Shown in pieces: positions 9,740-20,220 of a stretch of DNA of 64,000 bases. Under the pieces are notes generated by a model. The model saw nothing but the letters and a program-made list of their open reading frames with translations. It had not been told where the DNA came from and ran no database searches. The DNA is from Amphibalanus amphitrite (taxonomy: Eukaryota). The first letter of the stretch is position 1. The number at the start of each line of letters is the position of its first letter. The stretch is taken from contig NW_024881521.1 of NCBI RefSeq assembly GCF_019059575.1, positions 729,297-793,296 on the forward strand, in the 5' to 3' direction. The position numbers and the translations under genes are program-made.

Positions 9740-10272
9740 TGGTGGATCAGGCTACTAGTACGGACTGGGAGGAGGCAGGGGGACTGACAGGGGCGGTAGC
9801 TGGTGACCAGAGTGGCGAGGATGCTGCTGCGCCGGCGGCGGAAGGGGCTGTGTCTGATCATGGTGCTCGAACACCTCCGACCATGGCGGCTGCCGACAGC
9901 GATGACTCGGTTGTTCTGGCCACACCGCCGCGATTAGCCACTCCGCCCCCGGTGGTGGAGATAGAAGAGGATGTCGAACACCCTGTACCCCCTCCGATCT
10001 CGGAGATCGGCCCGCGCTCACCAGAGACCGTGGTCGCCTCCAGCGGCCCCAGTACCCCCAAACGGCCGCGGACCACAGCTGCCTCAGGCGGCGGCACGGC
10101 CATGGACGCGTTCTTAGACCGGCTGCTGGAGTCTCCCGTGCGCCGCCCGCCGCCCAGCCGCCGCCCCCGCCCCCGCCCCCGCCCTATAGCCTCCGTCGTC
10201 ACTGAAGACAGGCAGGAGGGTGACGTCATCAGCCGCTGGGTCCGTGATGGGAAGGTGTCCATTGTGAAATGA
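9740..10272 (+). CDS. ERCC6L2: ERCC6L2-like terminal exon (...VVDQATSTDWEE...PRPRPRPIASVVTEDRQEGDVISRWVRDGKVSIVK*); TGA at 10270-10272
   Basis: Acceptor cccacag|TG gives G+TG=Val, phase 1 from exon l. Matches ORF 9739..10272 (177 aa). An AT-rich 3' UTR follows. Confidence 0.5.
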
Positions 10273-10517
10273 TTGGTCAAGGCGAGACCCTGGTGAGACT
10301 GCAACTACACTTACAAATACGCCAAGTACAACACTTCTGTGTGATGTTTGGGATGGATGTGGGGTGCGGTGATGTTGTTCTGTTTGAAGGGGTGTCAGTA
10401 TGTGACACGGGGTTCATGAACGGTACAATGTGGGGGATTACATGCTATCTGTGATATATTATAGATGCATGCTTTTTCTAAATTGTACAGTAGCTGTTTT
10501 CGCGTGGTGTCAGTTAA

Positions 10518-11376
10518 AGGTAGTGTGCCACCTTTGAAAGATTTCCCATTTTATTTTTCCTAGGATAAGAAGCTTCTGTTTTTACCTAATATCGCAAAAA
10601 AATCAAAAATGGGCCTGGAATAGTGCCTTTTTCGCCTAAAAGTTTTTCGGTTTTTAGATATGTATAACAACTGTAGTGGGCTCACCTGCAAACAGGCGTC
10701 GGGCAACAATCGCGAATGCGGCGCACTTGTGACAATAAGCAAAGGTCATTATAGTGTTACGACCATACGACGTACGGGAATGAGTTATCAGCTGTCTAAT
10801 CGTAGACAACACAATGTCGAGCCTTAAACTGTAAGCCCGTATTGGTATTGTTTCTTTTATTTGGCTGTCGAACATTATTTATGGTTTGAAATATGATTTT
10901 ATGTAAAATAATTGATATGAAAAAGCCGTCTTATAAGTTATGACCCCATTCCACCACACGCAAGTGGCAGAAATGACAATGATCAGCTGACGCATTTTTC
11001 TTGGCCGAAGTCAGAGCGCGCGGCCCGACGCACCACGCGTATTTGGAAATTCCGACCTCGACGAGCATCAGAAGCCACCTAACAGGCGTGTTCGAAACCG
11101 CAGGAGATGATGATGAACGGGTTTATCGAAACTTGATTGGATGAACATATCGGTAATAGCGATTTCAGTGTGTGCATTTATTGTTCATTGTGGTGTGAAA
11201 TGTGGTTGGGGTACGACCGACAACCCGTCGGGGCGAATTTCGCACTGGGGTACTCAAAATTTGAAGAATTTAAGACGTTTCCATGAGTTTTGAAGGTATG
11301 GATAAGTTCTAAAAATCCGGTTCTCCTTATCTGGGCCATTAACTCCATACGGTCCAAGAAAGCTGGCACACTACCT
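10518..11376. mobile_element. Putative non-autonomous DNA transposon (~859 bp) with 17-19-bp terminal inverted repeats (AGGTAGTGTGCCACCTTT / AAAGCTGGCACACTACCT), flanked by TTAA on both sides
   Basis: 10518-10535 is the reverse complement of 11359-11376 with one mismatch. TTAA sits at 10514-10517 and 11377-11380. The interior is AT-rich with no long ORF. Confidence 0.45.
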
Positions 11377-12955
11377 TTAATAGTTTAGCATTTGTGCTCC
11401 GTCGACTAGAGCGTAAGTGCGCTTTTTAGCATATTCGTGCTATAGCACAATCCGTGTATGGATGTGCTGTGCTTGCTTGGTTTTGAATTCGTTATTCACT
11501 ATTTGAATTCATCATTTGTGCGTAAAAGGTAGCATTTTTGGGCGTAATTGTTTCAAACAATCCAATGACGCAAAGTATGTAGCGGCTGAATTCGTATGGC
11601 AATCTGTGACTTGATGCAGGCCGTATATATTCTGTGATATGCTAAGCAGCTTTATTAACCAAATTTTGATGACATTGTCTCACGTGCGCGCTTTATTTCT
11701 GTTGTGCTTTTGTGACCTGCATGTGCCGAAATGTGATCTTCCTTGTGATGAATGTGATCGTCCTCTTATGATGCCCCTCCTCACCGAGGCGGGCACTTAA
11801 ATCCTACAAAATCCGAGACATGTGACCATTGCTTTGTCTCTCGACGGAAGAAACGTGCCTTCCGCTTCATTTCAAAGTTCTCGCACAAATGTGGTAGCTG
11901 ACCTGCTATTTGTAATATACCACATGCTCCACCGGCATATAACCTGTTTCGCGATGGAATCCTAGACAGAAAGGAGTATTCGGTTGACCTGAAACACTGT
12001 TTTCCATGACACATATTTATTAGGTACAATTACAGGCTAGATATAAAAGATATTGTAATCGTGGGAGAATCGTTCGACACATGCGTACAGCTGGCTTACG
12101 CAGTCCAAACAAACCGTAACAAATGAGCACAGATTGCCGGCAGAACGGAGATGGAAAGTCCAATACAGGCCCCAATGACACGCAAAACAGTCGACCTGAA
12201 AGAATGCGGAACACAACGAAAACAGTGTTCATATGGCACGCGACTTTTGATGACACCCAAGTTCGTGTTGGCGCGGCTGCGCCAAGTAAGGTCGGTTCGT
12301 TCGGCACACAGTCACTGAGCAAATGGGTCAGTCAGGAACGTCCAGTGGAGACACAGGCGGAGACAGAGACAGAGGCAGAGCGAGAGACAGAACAGCTCAC
12401 ATAACACGCCACTGAACAACCAAACGGCCAACACGAACACAACGAGATACAGCGACCGATCACGCGGCTCCCTCCTCCGTGCTCACTCACTCCTAGACGG
12501 GTGGCTCGGCACTGGAGGCACTTGCGCTAACGGGTGTCTGTCGACAGCGGCGGCCCGCGGCTCGACGGGCGACCGAAGGCCCTCCGCCACCGGCCAATGC
12601 TACCGATCGCCGCACATACTATGACTTATTCACATCGTGTGTACACCCACACATACACACGCACACGCACAAGCACACGGTTGGCCCACAGAAGGAAGGC
12701 GTCAGTCATCATCCATGTAACACTCACAGATAGTCAATACAAGTAAAACGTATCACAATGGCCATCTGGCCGGTAAAATATCTTCAATCACAAAGTAAAG
12801 CTTGACGCGGCGCTCGCCGAGTCGACAGCAGCGCCGCGGCGGCGCGCAGCGCAACCACACTGTCGTCCTGACGTCCATAGGTGGCAGCACCGCGGCGGCC
12901 CCACTCGCTGTACAGTCCGCGGGTATTCACAGCTCGGCTAGGGCGCGGCGGCCGA

Positions 12956-13122
12956 TCAGCCGGGCCCCGGCCGCAGCAGCAGCAGCCCAGCTATGCTCAC
13001 GGCCACAGAGACACACATTAAGTCTGCGCGGCGCACCACGCCCGTCGCTGGCGTCGACGCCGACGACGTCAGACCCTCGTTCTTGGCCACGTCGTTCGGG
13101 TGCTTCTTTTTGCCGTACTCGT
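12956..13122 (-). CDS. Ephrin terminal exon: (D)EYGKKKHPNDVAKNEGLTSSASTPATGVVRRADLMCVSVAVSIAGLLLLRPGPG*. The hydrophobic C-terminus resembles a GPI-anchor signal.
   Basis: Minus-strand acceptor cgcctgttccag|AC at 13123-13124, phase-compatible with the 13591 donor (G+AC=Asp). The stop follows the ORF track 12956..13207. There may be a 1-nt ambiguity in my reading near 12900-12960. Confidence 0.5.
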
Positions 13123-13590
13123 CTGGAACAGGCGCAGTGCGTGTGTCAGTCACAAATTTAGAGCTCCCAAGAGCATGAGTTCCAAATTCTGGCAAATCAA
13201 GCTGCACACATCGCCTCGAAACATTGTCACACTAACACATGGGCCGTTGATTCAGTGGGTGCAGCCACTGTCATCCTACGTAACAATAATTATGGACAAG
13301 AATGAGCTCATGTACGAGGCGATTACACATACAAATGCAGATTTATCGCTCTATCATAGGTCTGAACTCTGCAGAGCCCAGATATCCAGGCTTGTCTCGG
13401 GTAATACCCATTCTGAAAATCGGCCCTAAGCCGACCCTGACATCTCTCTGAATACACCAGAGGAGGTGACATCAGCCGCCGTATAGCTCCTTCATCGCTC
13501 ACTCTTTCCAGGGTCACACACATTCGCAGGGACCCAGGGCGTGGTGCCCTCTCCCTCCGTCCCTCCCTCTCTTTTCTTCTCTCCACATAC

Positions 13591-13806
13591 CTTGTTTCTC
13601 TGTGGTGGCCTTGACGTTGATGGTCGGCACATTGTAGCCTCCCTTGTACGAGTGCCGTGGCGTGGGCCGGGCCGTGCTGCGCGGTGAGGACGCGCGCGGC
13701 GGCAGCCACGCCGGCGGCGGCAGCGTCGTCTCCGACACAGCCTCGTCAGCGGGTAACGGCGGCGGCGCCGGCGCCGGTGTCTGGAGACCCGGGCCCGGCA
13801 GCAGCG
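13591..13806 (-). CDS. Ephrin stalk exon: (S)LLPGPGLQTPAPAPPPLPADEAVSETTLPPPAWLPPRASSPRSTARPTPRHSYKGGYNVPTINVKATTEKQ
   Basis: Minus-strand acceptor ttctccctcccccag|CG at 13807-13808, phase-compatible with the 15184 donor (T+CG=Ser). Donor AAG|gtatgt at 13590. The Pro/Ser-rich linker is typical of an ephrin stalk. Matches frame of ORF 13514..13738. Confidence 0.55.
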
Positions 13807-15183
13807 CTGGGGGAGGGAGAACGGACCGTCAGACACGCTGCTGAGACGTGCGAGGAATACGGTCGAGATGCCAAGAATAAGGAAGCAACTGGACTGTGAT
13901 AACGTTATCCAAACTAACAAGATTCCTGCTCTTTATCGGAAGCAAGGCACAAAACAAGCCAAAAAGCGTAAGTTTTTAGAGTCCGATGGGTAATGAATGA
14001 ACACTTGGAACCCCTCAGCTCAAACAAAGAAGCCAGCTACGGAATATCATCCTACACACCATCTTATTCAAGTCACGTCTCGTCATCCCAACAGGGTGTG
14101 ATCACCGCTCTTCACTCAGCCATCCCTCCCCATTGATTCACAGAAGTCCCGATCACACGACAAACAGACACACACACAGACAGCCGACAGCCCTCTGTCT
14201 CATGAGTGAGCAGTCCACGCCAAAATCTGCATCATCCAGCCGACTCCGTAAGTACCATGCACGCGTGGCCAGCCAAATCCGATACGCGACAAACCGTATC
14301 CAGATGTTTGCATCTCCGCAAACCGCGCCGCCGTATATTGAATATCATGAATATCAACATGTGCAAATGTTGGTGTGTCTGGCCGGCCGCATCCTGCTGC
14401 TAACAATGCGCGCCGTGTTTGATGTATAGCTGAGGCGGACCGTGAGGGGTGATGATACCAGCAGTGTGTCATCAATAACATGCCACCGGGGTGCCAGCCA
14501 TGTCACCGGGTGGAGGAGGCGCGCCGACCGGCGGTCATGGGACGACAACCTCGGCGGTGGCTGTGTTTGGTCACACATCTACCGTCTGTCGACTCTACGC
14601 GGTATTCCTGCAGGTTATAGAATAAAAGATTTGGTTTTTATGCACTATTTTGCTACAAACTGTTACCTAAAGCCGTGTCGTACCCTAACCTGGGATCACC
14701 AGACGCCATATTACATATAGTGCAAGTCAGCAGCTAAAACTGTGGTCTGCGAGCCAGTGCGAGATGGTGTGGAGTGGAAGCCCGGTGGGACATTCTGGCC
14801 CGCCCAAACACGCCCCAAGTCGGGAATACCGCGCGGCGCCAACTGCAGGCGAGCGGCGCCGATCGTGCCGTCAGCGGTCACCGTTTACACCAGTCGTGTC
14901 GGTTCGACACATCACCGGCCGGCCTCCGTCCCTGAGGACACCCCTTACGGGTGTTTGCACCGACGAGATTAAACTGAGATGCCATCAATCACCTGGGACC
15001 AAGGCTGAAGCTGCAGGACCATCTACCGTTACGGTTACTCTCCTACGTCAATCCCAATACCCTAGCTAGCTTTAAATCCCACCTAAGGCGAGTGCCTCTA
15101 TATCCAAGCATGGGTCGCTGGTCGTCGCTCAAGCTCACCTGGGCCGCCGTGGTCGGGGATGCGGTTCTGGCTTGTCTCGTTAC

Positions 15184-15267
15184 AGCACACCTTGAAGACC
15201 ACCTTCATGTTGTGCGTCGAACACCGGCCGCCGATCCGACGCAGCATGTCGCCCCGGGCAGAGGTGG
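15184..15267 (-). CDS. Ephrin RBD exon 4: (S)TSARGDMLRRIGGRCSTHNMKVVFKVC
   Basis: Minus-strand acceptor ctcgccag|CC and donor GCT|gtaacg. Matches the ephrin ...ISTS.G......GG.C.T..MK..MKV segment, including the fourth conserved Cys. In frame with ORF 15098..15349. Confidence 0.8.
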
Positions 15268-16877
15268 CTGGCGAGAGAACGGTTATGTCAGAAAAATGTG
15301 CGTCATACACAGTCAGAGGGGAGGAGTGAACGGGGTAGGGTAATGACATGAGTGAGTTGGTTTGGAATCTGGATACACATATACCCTGGATACACCCGGA
15401 GAATCTATCTGACGAAAGCTCAGGAGCTCGGGATAGAGTGTCAGGAAACGGTCAATCGAGCTGGACCGACGGGAGATAGACGAGACATTAAAATTAGCAA
15501 TGAGACGATGACCGGGGTCTAAATGGCAAGAGCGGGTCATTAGCTGAATAAGGTAACGGTACGCGCCAGGCAGTCTGCAGGAATACTCGCGGAATCTTTC
15601 CAAAATCTCGACAACCAGCCCGGTCCGCGGTGCCAACAGCTATCACCAGGCACACGATTCCGATCAGAATGGGGTCATGCGGGTATCAACTCCCGGGCGC
15701 CCAATTCAGCCCACATGCACGCTCACATTCACTCAAAATGCATGTGGCACGCAAAAGCCGCGCTAGCATACACCAAAGTACACTCTGGGGCTCTTTGTCA
15801 GTGCCCTGCTGAGCTCAGCGGGGCTGATGGTCAGCGCTGCGAGAGCCGCCGCTGCCGCTCTCAGTCATGGCCATACCACGCCGACTAATGCGAGCCAGGC
15901 TAATACACCCGGTCCGGACCGGCTGACCGCGGTCCGGTAAGATGCACGGTGTCCACGCCAGATCAGATCACGGCCGAGAGGCAACAGGCGACATAAGTCC
16001 CCAGATGGCGGAGACCAGCCGACCGCGGACAGGGACACATGGGACAGGATGGAATGAGCGGATCCCATGGGACAGGGAAGAGCGGTATACAAAGTTGGAC
16101 GGAACGGGACGGGATGGGACGGGGAGCAGACCGGATAGAATAAGAATAATAGAATAGGGCGGCGCGAGTGGAACCTGAACCGAAAATAAGACACAGGAAC
16201 AAGGGGAAACTAAATAAAGTACAACAAATAAAGTAGAACGAAACAGGCACAGATGAAACACGGAGAAAGGACGATGGAGATATGGACCGATTAGGACGGG
16301 ATATGAGTGATAAGACGGTACGAGATGCGATGGCGCCCGGTCAGTCCCAACTTATAGCACCACTCCGGCTGCAGGATCAGGCCGAGCGAGGCCGGTTCAG
16401 GATTTCCAGGATGTACGGACATCATATGTGAGGGTATGTCCCAGAGGATTATACCGGATTTGGATTGCAGGCATCGCAGGAATGCTCATTTAGAAACAGG
16501 AACATAGCCGCGACGGACTTGTTCAAGAGTTAGAGCTGGGCCGTGGGCGCTAATGCGGCAACATGCCAAAGCTACAGGGCCCGGCTCGGTTCAGTCCATA
16601 GTTACCATTCTTCCCGATGAAGCGAGCTTGAAAAGAGAATAGTAGTGCTTTTAGTTGGATCGCTTTTGATATAATCAGATACCTATCATCAATTAGCATA
16701 AGCCCCATGATGATTGTAATCCGACAGCCACGACTTGCCGAAATATCGGGTGTGTCCTGTCAAGGCCTAATCTCATCGAGCCGTCGTATTTGAATCAAAC
16801 AGGTTTCGTTAAAAACAACAAAACAGCTGCCTGTCTGCGCGGTGGAAGATATTGCTCAGTTTATGAGGCCCACTTAC

Positions 16878-17046
16878 AGATGAAGAAGTAGTCCTGGCCG
16901 GGCCGGAACTCTAGCCCTCCCGGCTGAGGTGTGAATGACCGGAAGGTGATGGTGAAGAACATCAGCTTGTACGGCTTGTCGCAGACAGCGATGATGCGCG
17001 GGTTCGGGTTGGTGATCCGACATGTGTCGTACTCCTCCTTCGACAC
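16878..17046 (-). CDS. Ephrin RBD exon 3: VSKEEYDTCRITNPNPRIIAVCDKPYKLMFFTITFRSFTPQPGGLEFRPGQDYFFI
   Basis: Minus-strand acceptor ttttcag|GTG and donor ATCT|gtaagt. FTI.F..F.P...GLEFRPG.DYFFIS is the ephrin core signature (compare EFNA5 ...[20 protein letters not shown]). Matches ORF 16861..17046. Confidence 0.9.
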
Positions 17047-20000
17047 CTGAAAACAGACGCGACGGTTAGGTCACAGGTCAGAGGTCACAGGCAAAATGTC
17101 ACAGGTCATGGTTGGGAAAAATGCCCTCGAGGCAGACTACTAGATCAGCATTTTGGGCCTACAAATGCGTAAATGATGTAAATGTGCATGTGATGCAAAC
17201 GGCCAGTGGGACGACACATAGGCAGGGGTCACAGGGAACATTCGAACAAGTCACCTGACCCAGACCAACGGCATTTAGAGCGCCGCAGAGGGTCACCTGA
17301 CCTAGGTGATGGTCGGTTGGGACCACAGGCACCGCAGCCATCACTACGCAACCGCCGAAGGAAGGGTTATCGACGGGTGACCGCACCGTGGACAGTAAAC
17401 GGTGGGATGAGCTCAGAGGTCAACAGCGCAGAGGCTCCTTCAACACCAAGTCCAATCTTAAACCCACCGACAAAGGAGTTGCGATAGCTCTGTTGAATTA
17501 ATTAATAACGACCGTCTCCATCAAAGAGACATATATTTAGTAACATCCTTTGTCACCACCGCCCAGACGTTTTCAAACCAGTCTACCAGCTCCGCCCGAG
17601 TCGCAGCGTTCCGGCGCCATCGAGTTTGATCGGCTTATCCCGCCGGTCCTGAGTCCTGACAGCTCCCCAGTCCCATGACAGGAGCGTCTGAGCTGCGTCC
17701 TCTGAGCCACCGGGGCCGCGATTTCGCCGTGAGCTGACGACGGACCCTGAATGGGGAGCCGGCGGACCGTCACTGGCAGTTTGGGCACCACAGAGAGGAG
17801 CAGACTCGGCCGCCGACGACAGGGTCGCGGGACGACAAAGCGCGGCACACCCTCCACCTGAATGGGCGGCGTCCCTGGCGGCGACAGTCAGCCGTCTGAA
17901 CGGATTAACCTGGGGAGGCTGCTGCTCTCTCTCCGGGACGGTCGCAGCTGCGGCGGCTCCGCTCTGCCCTGCTGCCGACTGTCCTCATAGGCCAGAGGGG
18001 AGGATGGCACTGTCACCGGCGGTGCCGACGAGCGGCTCTGAGCAGCGCGATCCGCCGCGACTGATGCCAACTGATGGCGGATCATGGTGGCGGCGCTGAC
18101 GGCAGCACCGAGCCACGACAGTCTGGACGAGGGTCTCCATCAAACGAGCAGCCGCCGGTGACCGGTAACACGAGTGGCAACACGGGCCAGACCTGTCGTA
18201 CGCTGTGGGCGATCCGATGCTGGCATTAGTGTGTGCAGTCACTGCTGGGACCGAGGCTAGGAACAAAACCAAAACCGACCCCAGGTTTGGGATAAGTGTT
18301 TGAAACGTCCACCGTCGCCGCTCAAGCGTCGTGCACTGTCTGTCGGCTGTCCGTCCATCTATCCTGCATCATATGCCCTTCGTCTGTCCGACCGTCCGTC
18401 CATCCGGCTGTCTGTGGCGAAGGATTCATCCGTTTGTCTATTCGTGTGTGGTGGTGAGGGTGCCGTCCGCCCGTCCGTCGTCCGCCACTCATCGTCTGTC
18501 CGTCTGTCTGCCCGTCGGTCGGCGGTCGGCGGTCGGCGCCGCGGCCGCAGCCGCAGCCCGTCCGGAGCCCCAGGCGGTGCCGGCCGCCGCACCAGACCAA
18601 TCACTCCACCGCTCATGACGAGACGGCATGCAACGCGCGCCCACCGCCGACCGGCCCGGCCCGTCCGCTCAGCTTCGGTCCGCGAGCAAAGCTGATGGAC
18701 GGTCCAAGGCACGTTAGCAAAGTGAAGATAGGAGTCGGCATCGGCAGTGCAGACAACTTCTCCGGGAGGATGCCGGTAGGCCAGAGAAACCTTGCATGCT
18801 ATCCACGGGTTTGACACGGACCCATGATTCTGACCACCCTGTCTAGCTAGCCTGTCGCTTAGACAAAGCTCGACTCCAAGGGCCGTGGTTTCAGACAACC
18901 ACCCTGCATGTCTCTCCACCGCCGCGTTGACCACCCATCGCCCCTGCACAGCCGTCCCGCCGCCACAATCGGCCCCCCAGCGCCCGGAGCCGTCAGGTGG
19001 TGGACGCTGTTTTCCGTTCGAGATCAATTATTGCGCCGGCGGCCTTGGCGTTAAATGCGCACGCCGGACAGCGATTGTGCTACCTCCGAAGGGCCCGCGA
19101 CTGCTGAGGGTCACCGAGGCGCCGGCTGGGCCCATTGAAAAGACCTGCGAGCAGTGTGTAGCCTGAAATACCAAGCGGAAGTCCGCGGAGCTGCGTTCTA
19201 GGGTCGGGCACACTGGGTGACCAGGCATGGCGTCCAGGTGCAATGGCGAGGCACGTGATGACGCCACCGGGATCACCTATGTTGACAGCCGAAATCCCCA
19301 TCACGCCGCGCCCCGACCCGACACGCCATCAGCGTGGCGTCATCGCCGGCAATAAAGGACGCGTCCCGTCGGCCGGCCATAAAGGCCGGTTCCTATCGGT
19401 GCGATATGGCAGCGCCGCTGAGCCGGGTGCAGCTCGGCCGCTCAGATAACCAGCAATAATCGCCGCGTCCGCGTCCACTGTCACGACTAATTTATGGCCC
19501 GGAACGGTGACGCAACGCGCTCTGAGGACGGTCGCAGACGGGCGTGATGCAATGGCCGTATACTGCAGTCGTGATTAGCGGATATGTATTGGCGTGTGGA
19601 TGAAATGCAGACAATGCGACCTGCCGTTTCAACAACAAAATTGTGCGCGACTTTTTTCGGCATTAATAACTCAACGAATGTTCAGTTGAAAAGAGAGGCT
19701 CGTGTATCATTTAAATTTGATCATCTCCAACTCAGTCGGTTAATCGGTAGGAATTCATTAAAAACGACAGGCCGTTTGAGTGACGAACGATCAAAGCAAA
19801 CCGAGCCACCGAGCTGGCTGGTGCACCATAGCTCATTTGTCAAGTAAACTACACCTGGGCATGGCCTGCACAGTGCAGAGACCAAGCCCAACACATCATC
19901 TGTACACAGCACAACAGTCGGTGGCCGGCGGACAATGCAGTTCTGCAGCTCGGTGCTGCACGCCGGACAGTGCTACATGTCCGGCCGAATTTCGCCCGGT

Positions 20001-20078
20001 GTGTGTCCCGTGGAATGCGGCCGTCTATTGCGCCGTTCGCCATTGACAAATGTGCACAGCCCGTTCAGCGGTACTCAC

Positions 20079-20220
20079 GTTATATATGATGTATTTCTCC
20101 GTATCCTCTTCCTTGGTCCATTCACTGTAGCTCGGACAGATAATGGTCACCTGGTCGTACTCGAACAGGTTGTTGCCCTTGTTGACGTCGATGATGTGGT
20201 CTGTGTTGCTGATCTGGAAT
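20079..20220 (-). CDS. Ephrin RBD exon 2: (I)FQISNTDHIIDVNKGNNLFEYDQVTIICPSYSEWTKEEDTEKYIIYN
   Basis: Minus-strand acceptor cctttttcag|A and donor AAC|gtgagt. The D.LDIICP...YYKLY(L)V-like block of the ephrin receptor-binding domain. Phase-continuous with exon 3 and with the exon 1 donor. Matches ORF 20025..20246. Confidence 0.85.

Noticed and set aside
12956-13207. Using the ORF-track start (13207) as the ephrin last-exon boundary
   Set aside because: The acceptor at 13207 is phase 0, incompatible with the phase-1 donor at 13591. The in-frame acceptor at 13123-13124 (ttccag|AC) restores phase and was used instead.
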